Assembly (NCBI GenBank): GCA_001643675.2
Contig: LSRY02000021.1
Coordinates: 1,116,001 to 1,180,000, forward strand
Origin: Monocercomonoides exilis PA203
Taxonomy: Eukaryota; Protista; Preaxostyla
DNA length: 64,000 nt
Direction: 5' to 3'
Shown here: piece after piece, positions 46,874 to 59,918 of the stretch
How positions within the stretch are numbered: the stretch's first letter is position 1
Layout of the letters: every line of letters starts with the position of its first letter
Program-made: the position numbers and the translations under genes
The notes under the pieces: generated by a model
What the model saw: the letters and a program-made list of their open reading frames with translations, nothing else
Database searches by the model: none
What the model was told of the DNA's origin: nothing

Positions 46874-47582
46874 AAAGATTCAAAAGCAAAATTTTGTTTT
46901 TTCTGTTAATCTGTTTTTTACAATCATATTTATTTGTTATATTTTTTTTTTTGTCTTTTAAGGAATCTTGCGAGCTTTTATTTGGTAAGTTAAATTCTGA
47001 AAATTACAAACTTTTTTTTTTTTTGAAAAATTGGAATATTTTTTATTCTTTTTGCGTTCATTGAAACATCACACATGGAAGTTAATTCACAATTCAACAA
47101 GATGTTAACGTTGTTCCCAATTCAAACATATTTGCAAATCTAACTTAATTTATCTTCAAAGCACAAAAAACAAAACTTGAAATTAGAACAGAAACATCTA
47201 AATAACATGCCAAATATTGATGTATTTATCAAAATTTTCCAAATCGAAATTTGAAAAATCACAACATTCAACTGAAACTGAAACGAAAAAAACAGTTGTT
47301 AAAAAATTTAAAAAAAATGTGTAAGCAAGCATTATGTATATTTCACTTTTTATCTTTTGCAGAAAACCTTAAACCAAAGAATAAAATTTATTTCTACATA
47401 TAAAAATTTAAAATTACTGAAACAATAGAATTCAACACAAAGTTTAACTTCGAAGGAAATCTATTTCACATATTTATAAATTGTTGTAAAGTTAAGCAAA
47501 TCAAAGTGAACAAAAACGAAAACAGAAGACAATGATAAAAAGGTACTTGTAAATATTCCATAAAAAATTCAATTCGATCGCA

Positions 47583-50369
47583 TCAAAGCACTAAACCAAT
47601 TGAAGAGAAATAGAAATATGCACGTGATTCTAAAAGAGAAGTATTTCCAGATGGAAGATGAGCCAAAAGGAGAAACAGATCGCTGATTCCATTCTCTTCA
47701 CACTCTTCGCGTATTATCCGTTGTGCACTAACTTCGTCAATGAAGAAAGGCGGATCATTCAACTGCTTGCTTTCAACCTCAGAAATAGATGACTTTTTTT
47801 GGCTTTCGTTGTTCATGGACATTATGTGTTTCTCCGGATAAATAGCACTGCAAATATTGAAAATGATATCGAAGCCATCGAGTGCTTGTGACTCGTTGAA
47901 TACTTCAGAAGCCATCTCAGCAGCATAATCAATAGCAACGTCTAACACTGAACGAGGATCATTCTTGCGAGATTCAATAGCACGTTTCATTTTGATGCTA
48001 TCAATTATAACATAATTCATTTCATACAGCATTTCTGCTTCAAAGCTCTCTGCTTCAGGATCCACTGTTTTTGACTCAGTCTCACATTTAATTTCATTTC
48101 CATGTAAAAATAACAACAAATTTGACGAATTAACCACAAAACCAACTTCGCGACTTAACAAATGAATCGCTGTCGCATTATGATTGTATCCAAAACACGC
48201 CAAAGTTGGCTCAAACTCTCCGCAGAAAATGCCTTCTTCCTCCACTTCCTTGATAGCTGTCTGAGATTTTGCCTTGCTTTTTCTTATGATTTCTGTTATT
48301 TTCTTTCGAAAGTGCATCTGCATCTGAGCAAGAGCCGTCAACCACATAATATTTCTTCCCTGCGGATCGTATTGCTTCTCATGTGTCTTATGCATCAGCA
48401 ATACATCAGTGATAAGCTTCATAACATAAACAATTATTTGTGTGCTCGATTGCTTTCGAAGAAAAGGCATCTGCTCATGAAATGTACTTCTTAAAGGACA
48501 ATATGAAACAGAAGCAGAAATAGCAGAAGAAGAAGCAGAAGAAGCAGAAGATGAAGTATCTTCAGTCGATATTTGAACAGATGCTGACGACGATGTTGTA
48601 CTTGAAGAGGCCACAAACGTGCTTTCATTTATTCTGGCCTCACAGTTCTCCAGCAATTTTAACATAAAAAGGCGGACGTCATAAATAATATTATTCACAT
48701 ACGAATAGAAAAAATTCTTCAGATTCGCAGCGACAGCCAAAGATTTTGGAGAAACAGAATCAGAAGTTTTATCAGAAGCAGCAATGCCATCAAACAGAAT
48801 TTGGCAAATCATTGTGAAATACACCAATGCAGCAGCCGCTGCCACGGTTGGGTGAATCGAATACGGTTGGTTTGTCAGAGGCGGAAGTGTTGAAGAAGAT
48901 GCCTCCGGTGGGCAAGAAGAAGAGTGCGGAAGAGAAAAAGATCGAGAAGAAGAAGAAGAAGAAGAAAAAGGCACTGTCGATGAACACAACATCCTATCTT
49001 TTGAACAACTGTTTTCACAAATTCTTCTTTCGGTCAGCCTCAAACGCTTCTGAAAGACCCGCTTTGCTGCCTCTTCGGAAAACACCTGCCTTGGAATAAA
49101 AAATTTTTCGCCACACGACTGAAACATCAGCACACACACAGCAACCTCAAAATCGCTCAATTCCCATCTTCAATCATAATCGGAACAAATGTCATGATGA
49201 TGGAAAGAGAACAACAAAGAGTGCGAGGAAGATTTAGTTCTTTGGGGCGGCTGTTCTGCATGTGGCTGTTGTTGTGATTTTTGTTTGGATTCTGAGGAAC
49301 CATCATCTTCAATCACAGCACACAAAAACGCCAACGCAAATGCATACGAGCAGACGTCTGCCACATTCTCAGAAATGCTAATTGTTATCACAACAGACGA
49401 CGAAAACAGCAGCTCTCTAAACACTGGCGGTAACGAACGAACAAATTGCTTCATGTGTGTCACTACGCTTTGAACTTCTTTTTCAGATGTCAATAATATA
49501 CTGTCAGGTGATTTCAATTTAGCTCTTAGTTCCTTTGGCAAGCCACTTTTCCTAAAAGTCTTTATAATGTTATATATCCACGAATAGACTCCACTTTCCG
49601 ACAAACATATAAAGAGCGGATTTAATGCAAAGTCATTCACGGTTCCATTTTCCATTTGCAACAAAAGTGCTGAGTTTTCCTCATTTCTCCTGTTATTAAC
49701 AGAATTTCCAAATGTTTCTGTAATATTATTAAGGACGGACATGACAACAGCTTGCATCATGAATCAAAGAACACCATTTATCTGTTGCAGGCTTCGAACA
49801 AATTTCGTTTGATTTTCATCCAATTCGTAATCGCTTGTCAACTTCTCTTTCTGAAATATTCTCTCTAAAAAACTCCGAAACTTTCCTCTAATTGCAACAT
49901 TTTCGCAATCTGTTTTTGAAATATTATTCAAAAAAGATTTCAAAAGATTACAAATATGATCAAACTTAAATGAATTAGATCGAAAGGACAACAGTTTATT
50001 ATGAAAAACTTTCCAAGGATCAAGCTTTAGAGAATCATAAACTACACTTTCCCTTTCTGAACTGAGATAAAATTTCGTATCGTAATTTTCAATTCTGATA
50101 AATGGATCGAAAACTCATTTCAAGCCTGATTCAATACTTCCTCCTTTTTTATCAGCAACTTTAAAAAAAAAGCGGTTAATGTTCAATTGCTGTTGAATAA
50201 GTGATTGAAAATTCTCATCACCAATTTCATTTGATCTATCTTTTTGAAGCAGAATATGAATGCAAAAATATTTCGGTACTTTTGCAATAATTTCACAAAA
50301 ATTCCAAGAATGTTTTCTGAATCGAAGAACAAGATGAATTACAGATTGGTCACAAATTCCATAATCGAC
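47583..50369 (-). pseudogene. 3' part of a transposon-disrupted ubiquitin-like-domain gene
   Basis: A single frame from 50361 to 47583 begins (D)YGICDQSVIHLVLRF (end of a ubiquitin fold) and is broken only by TGA at 50115, 49764 and 49170. Confidence 0.85.
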
Positions 50370-50551
50370 GGTGAGTCACAACTTTAAATAACATTCAGAA
50401 ACTCGTTTTTTTTTCGGATTTTTTCTAATAGAATGATTTAATATCAAAAAATAAAACATGCTAGGGGTGAATTTTCCATTTTTAGAACACTTTTTTTTTC
50501 TATGAAAAAAATCAAATTTTCGAAAATATTATGGTTATGATCAAACGAATT
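50370..50551 (+). repeat. Left TIR of the 9.5-kb element
   Basis: GGTGAGTCACAACTTTAAATAACATTCAGAAACTCG...ATGGTTATGATCAAACGAATT. Confidence 0.95.
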
Positions 50552-50927
50552 TCAAAAATTATTGTTTGAAAATTGAACGATTTTTGGAAATTTCATTATT
50601 TGGTACAAATTTATTTGTTTGTAAATATATTTCGATTCAAATGAAGTGAATTAAAGATGTTTGAAGTTTTTATTTGATTGTATTGAAAGTTTTAAAGGAA
50701 AAAAATTTTGTGAAAACGAACTTCTCGGGTTTCGTTCTGCTTTAGTGTTTTCCTTCGAATCGAAATATTAGGTTTTGGGTTTGCGTTTAATTTTTGCTTA
50801 TTTTTTTCATAAATATGGTTAGGGTTTTAATCGAAAAATCAATTTTTCACACACAAAAAACGTGTGTTTCAATGATTGCGCAAGATGAAAGGTGAAAATA
50901 ATAAATATTAAAATGAATTGAGAACTT

Positions 50928-51182
50928 GGGTGATAATTTTTGAAATCATATTTTTTTTCGGGGTGTTGATTTTACAAAGATTGTTAGTTTTTTGAAAGAA
51001 AATCTCAATTCAAAAGAGAAAAAACATGATAATTATTTTTTAAAACAAATGGTTTTTCAGAATCAAATATTAAAATGCATTCAATAAGCATTTTCACTTT
51101 TCAATTTTTTTATTGATATTCAAGTTATATTTTTGCACCGAAATTTTTGAATGAAAATATATAATTTCAAAAATAATCACCC
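50928..51182. mobile_element. 255-bp MITE (ACTT TSD) nested in the 9.5-kb element
   Basis: GGGTGATAATTTTTGAAAT / ATTTCAAAAATAATCACCC TIRs; ACTT at 50924-50927 and 51183-51186; same length as, and inverted homolog of, 40648-40902. Confidence 0.85.
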
Positions 51183-51743
51183 ACTTTTATTATTTTTTCT
51201 ATATGGCAAAATTTTTTTGAAAAGTTCCTCGACTTTAATTTTGTCCCACAAAAGATCATAAATGATCAAAAAATGTTGATCATTCCGTTCCCATTATTGT
51301 TTTATTGATTTTATAAATTGTTATTTTCTGAGCTTATTACTGAAAAATATTTCAAAAATCTGATGATAACATACAGAACGTTAATAATATAATACAATAC
51401 GCTTTTGTTAGCAACTGCTATCGAGCTATTTGAATCAAATGAATTGCATGCTCTTATTTCTGCATTTTCATTTCATCTATTCGAATATTCATTATAAATA
51501 TATGAATGTTATCCAAGTTTTTATTATTTTCTTTTGCTGAAAGATAAAAAAAATTGATTTACTTGAATTCTTGAATTTTTTTAATAAATTTTTTAAACAG
51601 GAAAGATTTATCAAAACAATACTCGTTGCGTTAGAATAATATTCAAAAAGGAGGTGACATAAAGCAATTATTAATATATTTTTGGAAAATTGGAATGATA
51701 CATTTTTTTTCTAAATAAATCTCCATTTGTAACAAACTCAAAA

Positions 51744-54700
51744 ATGTTATCTCTTCAAATATTAATATTTAAACAGTTTGTATCAAACAAGTTTCTTTCA
51801 TCTCAGAATGTGCCTTTTCCTTCTCCCTTTCAGTTTAAACAGATGCATTATAAAAAGATGTTTTGCCTTAATCTTTTCAAATTGTACGGAGTTAACAGGC
51901 TTTTTCGGCTGTTCGTCCATTTTGATACAAATGTGGATGCTGTTAGCTCTTCGGGTGGTTCTTCTGGCTGACATGATGAGAAATATCTCATCAAACTTCT
52001 TGTGGCCTTGGCAGTGAAGCAGTCATCTCTTCGTTCAACACCATTGCCTTCTTCGTCTTCAACAGGAGCAGCATGCCGATCAACTTCGCCATTCTGGAGG
52101 ACGAGAAGAGAAGAGAAGAAGGAAATGGGGGAGTAGAAGCAATCTTCAGTATTTTCTTCAGCTCCTGAAATTTTCCCTTCAGATGCGTCAGCTGTGGTAG
52201 TTCCATATATATCAGCAGCAGCGATGGACCACATCGAAAGGTGGCTGGGGAGTATGTTAATCAAAAGATATCGTTTCTGAGGGAGCAACACACGCTGCGA
52301 AGATATGTTGTTGCTCGGAAGGGGGTGCTGTATGGGGGTGTTGTGCATTCCTCCGATACTGCGATATCGGCGATGTTTTCGGTTCCGCTGGTGGCTCCGC
52401 TTCCGTTGCTTGCAGTGTAAGTTGGCACGAAGTCGGGGAGCAAGCGGATCTTTGAAGCGCCAGGCGTGAATGCGTTCCAGTCGATCTACGATCTGTTTTA
52501 CCTGTCGCTGCAGATATGGAGATCACAACAGTCGAGGCGTGTGGAGGTGAAGCTGGACGAGGAAGTGATGGGGCGAGGGGTTGCTGTGTGTGAAGTGGGG
52601 GAGATTGTGGAGAAGAGAATGGAGGCGGTTTGGTTGAGGATGGAGGATGTGGTTCTGTTGTCTGAGGAGATTGTGCTGGCGGTGCTGGAGGAGCGGGAAG
52701 AGGCAGAGGAAGCAAAAGAAAAAGAAAAAAAGAAGGAAAAGAAGTTGGCTGTGGAGAAGAAGATGAATAAAAAGGAAATACATGAAAAGGTGAAGCAGGA
52801 GATAAAGAAGAAGTATTCTGCAGGGAAGGATAAGATCATATCGATGCAGGAGAGGAAGATTCTGCAGCTGAATTAGAAGTCTAACTCAGAAGTAAGGAGG
52901 TGAAGGAGGCGAAGGAGGCGAAGGGACAGTTGGTGGCCACGAAGGAGAAGGCGGGGCTGATTGGTGTAAGGATTGAGAAGGAGAAGAAAGGCTGTTCTCT
53001 TCAAAGCGAAGTGGTGAGTATGGATTGCAAGTGAAAACTGGCTGGTCAGGGGTTACAATTGATACATCTCCTTCATTAATTTGTGCGTATGGCGGGTGGT
53101 TCCATCTTTGGCTTTGTTGATACTGCCGTTGGGGCTGCATGAAAAGTGAAGGGAGAAGTGAACAGAGATCAACAAAAATGGAAGTGTTGTGATGCTTGGA
53201 CCAGATCTGAATGGGAAGGGGGTTGTTGCAAAAGTGGGGAGTGAGGCGAGTGTTGCGAGAAAAATAAACAGCAGTGATGGAGGAGGTGGTGGTGGAAGTG
53301 GGGGAACGAGATCTGTAATCAGCAAGAGATTGGAGAAGAAAGGCGTTGGTGCAAATGGAAGTGGGTGTGGAAGAGCAGATGCAACGGTGCAGCAGAAGAT
53401 GAACAAGATGGAGAAGGAAACGAAGATGCTGATTGAGCTGTCGAAAGTGCAGTAGCAGACGTTAAGCGAGCAGAAGGCGCTGTTCAAGGAGGTGATTGAG
53501 AAGCGGCACACAGCGCTTGCGCAAAAGAAGCAGGAATAGAAGAAAATGAAGGAGTCGTATGAAGAGACAGTGCCGCGCCTGGTTGGGTAGGTGAATGAGC
53601 TGGAGAAGCAGGTTGGGCTTGGGGACTTTGGAAGTGGCAATAAATGCGGGGCAGAGGAGAAAAATGAGAAGAAGAAGGATGTGGCGAGGAGGAGGAAGAA
53701 CAAAAGTTGAGTTGGAAAATACGATGAAGCTGAGGAAGGTGAAAATGGAGAAGAAATAGATGAGAGTGCGCCGTATGGGTTTCCTCTATCGCAGTGAGAA
53801 GATCTAACGAAAGAGTGAAAGGACTGGATGCTAGCTGTTGATCCAAATTGTGAAGAAAAAGGAGTGGGGAAGGCGATAATTGTGCAGCGGCTGTACATGC
53901 TTCTTGAGCAGACAACAGACAACAGAGACCGAGAAGAGTCGGAGCGATCTGCTGCGTATTTTGGTGGATTTGGGGCAGGGTTGTCTGTGGCAGGCAGGGT
54001 GCCTTTGCCAAATGGGAAGACAGAGATGAAGCGACTGATGAGCACGATGTCAGGTGTGCTGGGGCAAGTGGCGTACGAAATGGTTTATGTACTTCGGATG
54101 TCGTACATATATTAGTCGTCTATTCCGATTCAGCGGAGTCAGCAGTAGCTAAAGACAGGACTGCGATAGAAGCTGGCGTGGACGCTGTCAACGATCCAGA
54201 GAATATATGGAGAAGATATTAGCAGATTTGAGCGATGGCAGCGCTGGGTGGGAAGATGGGGTGCTTCCAAGTCAGTTGTTTTGGGGATTTTTTGTGTATG
54301 CGGCTGTGGGAGAAGTGCTCGGAGAAATAGAAGAAGGAGGTGGTGCTGTTGAAGATGATCTTCGTGGTGGAACTGTTCCGAAAAAAATTTGCGGAGGTGC
54401 GGCTGTTGGGTGGTATGTGCCGGAGGAGTTTCCTGGATGCGAGCTGTATGACTTCCTGCACTGCAACACGGTGCTGTTTGAAGGTGAGCAGCAGCAGTTG
54501 CCGATGAAAGAGAAAGAGGACTTCTTGACTATATCGTTACGGATGTGTCGGATGTGTATCAATATTGTGCTTGAAGGGGAATTGGGGAAGAAGATAAAGT
54601 TGTTTCTTGGGGAGTAGGAAGAGATTAAGTCGGATAAGGGGGAGGCAGAAGCGTATGTGTTTCTTGGATTGTAGCTGAACTTCTGAGGAAGAAGCTGCGA

Positions 54701-55350
54701 GGTTGAAAGAGGCGATGAATGCGCAGTCAGATGCGATATGCAGTGAAGATCCACTGATTTCATCATCTTCAGCAACATCATCGTCAATGTGTGTGGCTTG
54801 TTGAGGCAATGCGAACGATGAAGTGGAGTCTCTTCTGCATGTACAATCCGCAGACGCTATTAGCGCTGTCCCTGAGGATCTTCTAAGACACGTGCCGGAT
54901 GTTTTGATGCTGTCTGCCATATTAAGTGTCGGTGCTGTGGGAATATGAGGAAAACGACTTTATCAAGCTGTACCAGCGGCAGCCGGACGTGTGCGATGCT
55001 GCTGACCGACGAGAGCCTCTATCATAGTCTGAGAACGTTGCGGTTGTAAAGACTGTAAGCTGTCACTTGGCACTGCGGAAGCAAACACCTGACGAATAGA
55101 TGAGGGTACTTTCGTTGGTGTCGGCTGGGATGTGGGTAAGGGTTGTGCTGAGGTGGAGTGTGGAGAGTGTGCAGCCTGCGGTGGGGAAGAAAGAAGGGCG
55201 GCGGGCGCTGTTGTGGATGGTGCGGCTGGTTGTGGAGCTAGGGGAGCTACAGTTGTGTAGAACGAGGTGGAAAGGGCGATCCGCTTTAAGCTGCCACTGG
55301 AGGATGGGCAGCAAGTGATGCAGTTTCACAAGGAGGTGGCACAACAGAGG
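51744..55350 (+). pseudogene. Decayed large coiled-coil/helical protein gene (cargo)
   Basis: GC-rich coding-like segment; frames continue through many TAG/TGA codons and several frameshifts; boundaries approximate. Confidence 0.65.
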
Positions 55351-56867
55351 GAGGGAGGAGGAGTCTAAATCTTGTCATGCATCATATGTATATGCTTTTT
55401 CAACACAGCACAAATAGATTTCGAGAGAGATGGTGATGGCTTTTAATAACATGTTGCTGTCATTTGAGGCTGCATTTGGCTTGATCGATCCTTAGATTTC
55501 TCCGACGATATTTTCATCGGCAATATTATAATCATCAAATAAGTCTTTTTATTATTATTTCCTTTTCTTCTATCTCTTTAATTCTAATTATCTCTATTTT
55601 CTTTTGAAATGCACTTTCTTTTTCTTCGACACTTGCTTCCGCTCTGTCCATTACCCTCTTTCATCTTCCATTTTTTGTTTATTATTGCCTTCGTTTTCTT
55701 TTAATGTACTTGTCGAGCGAAACAAACATTTTATTAATCTTAGAATACGTTGTCTTCTTTTGACAGATTTCAAATAAAATGTGAGAAATACAGAAGAAGA
55801 AGAATCTCTTGACGAAGAAGCAGCAAACTTCGTAGATGAAGGGATAGACAAAAAAACGGATTTTGCAGAAGAAGCCTCATAATGTGCTTAAAGCGTGTTT
55901 GACGAGAGTCTGATAATCGTCTTGTATATTTTCCCTCAGGTTGTTCCCTCTGTGGAGTGCGCTTCTGAAAGTTTATCGAAATGTTCGTCTTCTCTTTTAT
56001 TTTTATTCTGCAATTTTTTTTTGTGAGGTCTTCTTTATATGTAAGATGTTTAGATGGTTTATCTTCAATGACTTCAGAAGAGTGAGTTAACAAAATCACG
56101 TTAAGTGAGATTGAATGATATTTTCTTCAGTGTCTACACTGAACACAGCTGATGTTGTGCGCATTGCAGCTTGCAAGATGGCTTTTCCAGCTTTTGTTAA
56201 AGCTTGAGACCATGCTCAAGTTAGTTATCATTTTTTCATTCTTCATCTTCCACTCCATCCATGTCATCGCCTCTATCCTCCTCGCCAACTTCGCACACCT
56301 CTTTTTATTGTTCCACTTTCGAAAAGTGTGCGCATGTCTCCTTCAGTAATAATTGAGGAGCTAGTAGTGCAGGGAAGCCAGCAGTAGTTGGAGTGAGAAC
56401 GACAAGCCCGATGCAGTGCCTGAAAGTGAATTGCTTGTGGTTGCGATGTGGAGTGAATGAGATATAAAAGCATGCTGAGCAGCTACTTCAACATCACTCA
56501 CTCCATTGCTTTCTGCTTCTCGATTGCTTCGACTTTATGCTTCAGATTGGTAGATGCACATAAAAATGCTCCGAATAAAGACTGAATGCGAGCTGGTTGC
56601 AGAGAAATTCGAGGATTATTTTCTCTTCACTAACTTCTGTCATTTCTATATGGTGTTTGACATCTTTTAATTATGACTTTGTGCCTGGATTTTGCTTGAT
56701 CTTCTGTACAATTTCATCTTCTGTATTCATTTTTTCTTTTTCTTCTTCATTCTCATCTTTTCCAGTTTGAATGTTGCACTCTCCGAAAAAGATAAAGTTG
56801 TTGGCAGGATGTCGCTTTCTTTGTTTGACATTGATGATGTAAAAGAAGAACTGAAAGAGTTGATGGA

Positions 56868-57003
56868 GAAGAGAGAAAGAGAGAGAAAGAGAGAGAAAGA
56901 GAGAGAAAGAGAGAGAAAGAGAGAGAAAGAGAAAGAGAAATAGAAATAGAAATAGAAAGAGAAAGAGAAATAGAGAAATAGAGAAATAGAGAGAGAGAGA
57001 AGA
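56868..57003. repeat. (GA)/(GAGAAA)/(TAGAAA) microsatellite
   Basis: Directly visible. Confidence 0.85.
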
Positions 57004-57169
57004 TGAAGGGAAAAGAAAAGGGCAGATTCTGGATGGAAACGATGCATTTGAGGTTTTTGAGACTGATTTGCGAGAGTGGGAATTGGATCTGACTGAATTA
57101 TCTGGTGATGATGACTATAATCGTTGTCCGCGTGATACAGAGTGCTTTCCAAAAATGAACAATTCTACC

Positions 57170-59138
57170 AAATTGAATCTTCGAAATATCTTTTCTTTCC
57201 TTCTCGTCTTTTGATGACTCATATTCATACAAACGGTTTGAAGCTACTCTTCTGAAAACATCGCTCAGAGTTAATTTTTCTTCTTCTTCTTTTTCTTATT
57301 TCTGTTTTTCCACTTAACATTTTGGAATCTTGTGTGAATCTATCCCCAGGATGTATTCAGTCGAACAACTTTCAGCCAAAAAATACTCTGATGATTCTGA
57401 ATGTCCCAAGCTTTCTCAAATATTCTCTCTTTATCCTCTTTCATTCTTTTTTTCTCCCTCCCTCTCTGCTCTCCTCCACTGCTCTTCTGAAGAAGGCTCC
57501 ATCGTCACCATTTCAAATGCCTTCGGATCCTTTTTCACCGTGTCATTCACAATCTCTTCCAATTCTTCTGTCCATCTCTTTTGTTTTCTCCATCGAACAA
57601 TGAATATCACTGCGACAATTAAAATAATCAAAAGAACAAAGGCCATAACAATCACAATTATAAACCATATCGATTTTCCTTCTTTTCCTCCTTGTACAAG
57701 TTTCCCATCTCCATTTGTTTTCACCTCTCTTGTGTTCTTCAGAATGAAAGGCTCTGTGGCCGAGGGAGCATCAGCATTTCTAAAGAGCAGACACGCATAC
57801 GCCTTTGCCTCCGCTAACGCCTCTCGAAAAATGCTCTCTCGCATTATCTCAAAGGACTCTTTTTCCTAGACAATCCCTTTCGCATCGAACTCCAACAGAT
57901 TCAGCAAAACCTCTGTTTCGATGGTTGTTTACAGCCGGAACGACAGATTGCAGTACAAAAGGAGCTCCACCTGGAATCCGATTGTGACCTTTCTCTGTTT
58001 ATCTACTTCATTCCCAACCTCGTCAATAGAATGGAGTGTTGGGATGAAGAGGGGAGATTGTCTCTGGCGGGGGATGCAGGCAAGGGTGTATTTGCTGTCC
58101 AGCATCCACAGAGAGGTGTTGTCTTTCGCATTGTCTTCCTCTTTCAAACTCTCTTCGATCAGCGACGCCCCATCGGAGTAGGCGATGTTCCTGCGGGCTG
58201 ACGGATAGCTGCTGACCGAAAGGCTGCTACGGGTAGAGGGGCCGTTGCCCACAAACTTTGCATAGTCGATGCGGACAGCACCTCCAGAGATAGACAACGC
58301 TCATCTGATGCGTTTGCCACGGTGAGATCGCTGATAGCTGCTATTGTGTTGTACAAATGAAAGAGGAGATGCTGTCTCAGCTGTCTCCGTTTATATTGCA
58401 GAGCATTCTATGTGAGCTTTCTCAATAAATCACGCGATAAGCGAGAGTTAGGGTGCATTCCTTACACTCACATAACTTCCTTGAAATGTCTGTTCATCAA
58501 TTTCGTTGCTAGAGGATAAGGGACATTGCGAGCAGATGCAATTGTTCGGGGAAATATACTCAGATGGAGAAGACACAAAAAGTACAGACGAGCCTAAGGA
58601 TGCGCTGGCACCTGTGTTTGTTCAGTTGGGAAAGATGAACCGGAAAAGGCAAAATATTCTTCGGCTGTAAAGGGGAGGCAGAGGATTCCTCCCTGCGAAA
58701 ACACCAGATGCTCTATTCCTACGCTGTGCTCCAAGGAGCTCCCGCACCGGCGAAACTCGAAGACGCTGACTGACATCTGGATGTGCTGAAAGTTTATTTC
58801 TGCGAAGGAGATGCGGTCGACAGTAGAGAGAAAAAAACGCGGGAGAGCGAACGCGAGGCGTTTGACGTAGCTGTTATCGACAATCAAGTGGCCATTCTCG
58901 ATGGCTAGCAAAGATTAGTCGAGGAATGCTGGATGTTCAGCTTGCTCTGTGGTTGACAAAATGGTAGAGGAAGCAAAATGAACAAAGAAGAGAAAAATGT
59001 GGCCATCGGTGTGGCACACAACAGCACTGCCCGTGTGCGAAAAAGATGGGTCGAAGAGGAAGTCGAGACGCCCAATCCTGACATTTGCAGACGTCGCAAA
59101 GATAACAGGGCAGCGCTGAATGGAGGCTTCGTTTGCAT
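57170..59138 (-). pseudogene. Fragmented surface/transmembrane protein gene (beta-helix-like ectodomain + TM + cytoplasmic tail; cargo)
   Basis: Frameshifted pieces: GGAVRIDYAKFVGN...RRNIAYS, EPFILKN, TM WFIIVIVMAFVLLIILIVAVIFIVRW, then EELEEIVNDTVKKDPKAFEMVTME. Confidence 0.65.
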
Positions 59139-59736
59139 TATTGGGAATATTGCAACAAAATAGTTAATTTAAATAAATCCAAAATTTTATTAACATAAAA
59201 GAACAAACAAATCACAAACCATCAATTTTGTAAATAATTTTGTTTATTTGGACTTGAACAAGTTGTATTAGCTTCTATGAAACATTGATGTTCATTATGA
59301 GCAATGAAAAATTCCCATTTTAACAATACAAGAATTCTTATAATCGATAAAACATTCTCAAAAAACAATCGAAACATACTATGAAAATTTCATGAATCAA
59401 CAATTGCAAAACAGTTTAATCAAGAAAAACCCTTTTTCATTGAATAACAAAAATATTAATTTTGATCAAATAATTGGATATATTATTTTTTGATCCTTTA
59501 TGTATTATCTTGTTGAGAAGTTTGTATGAACCAACAAACATAACTTTGAAAGATTGATATTTTCATTGATATTATGGAAACGGAATAAAAATTAATTAAC
59601 TGACATGGGTCGATTTTTTGATCTGATGTCACTTTTCAAAAAAATTTAGCCATATAAAATAAAAAAGAAAGCTTAGAATTATATAAATTTTTAAAATAAT
59701 TCTTTATTTAAGTTGGTTTCATTTTTAGTAATCAGT

Positions 59737-59918
59737 AATTTGTTTGATCATAACCATAATATTTTCGAAAATTTGATTTTTTTCATAGAAAAAAAAAGTG
59801 TTCTAAAAATGGAAAATTCACCCCTAGCATGTTTTATTTTTTGATATTAAATCATTCTATTAGAAAAAATCCGAAAAAAAAACGAGTTTCTGAATGTTAT
59901 TTAAAGTTGTGATTAACC
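59737..59918 (-). repeat. Right TIR of the 9.5-kb element
   Basis: Reverse complement of the left TIR, including matching 9-base homopolymer lengths. Confidence 0.95.

Larger units (their letters stand above)
50370..59918. mobile_element. 9549-bp non-autonomous TIR transposon carrying host-gene cargo (Pack-type element)
   Basis: 182-bp TIRs (50370-50551 and 59737-59918, about 3 mismatches), GG...CC termini, TSD TAATCGAC/TAATCGAT; removal restores a UBL reading frame; no transposase motif seen inside. Confidence 0.9.

Noticed and set aside
51268-51286. 19-bp inverted match to the Merlin transposase start region (8348-8366)
   Set aside because: Short and AT-rich with no extension seen; insufficient to assign the 9.5-kb element to Merlin.
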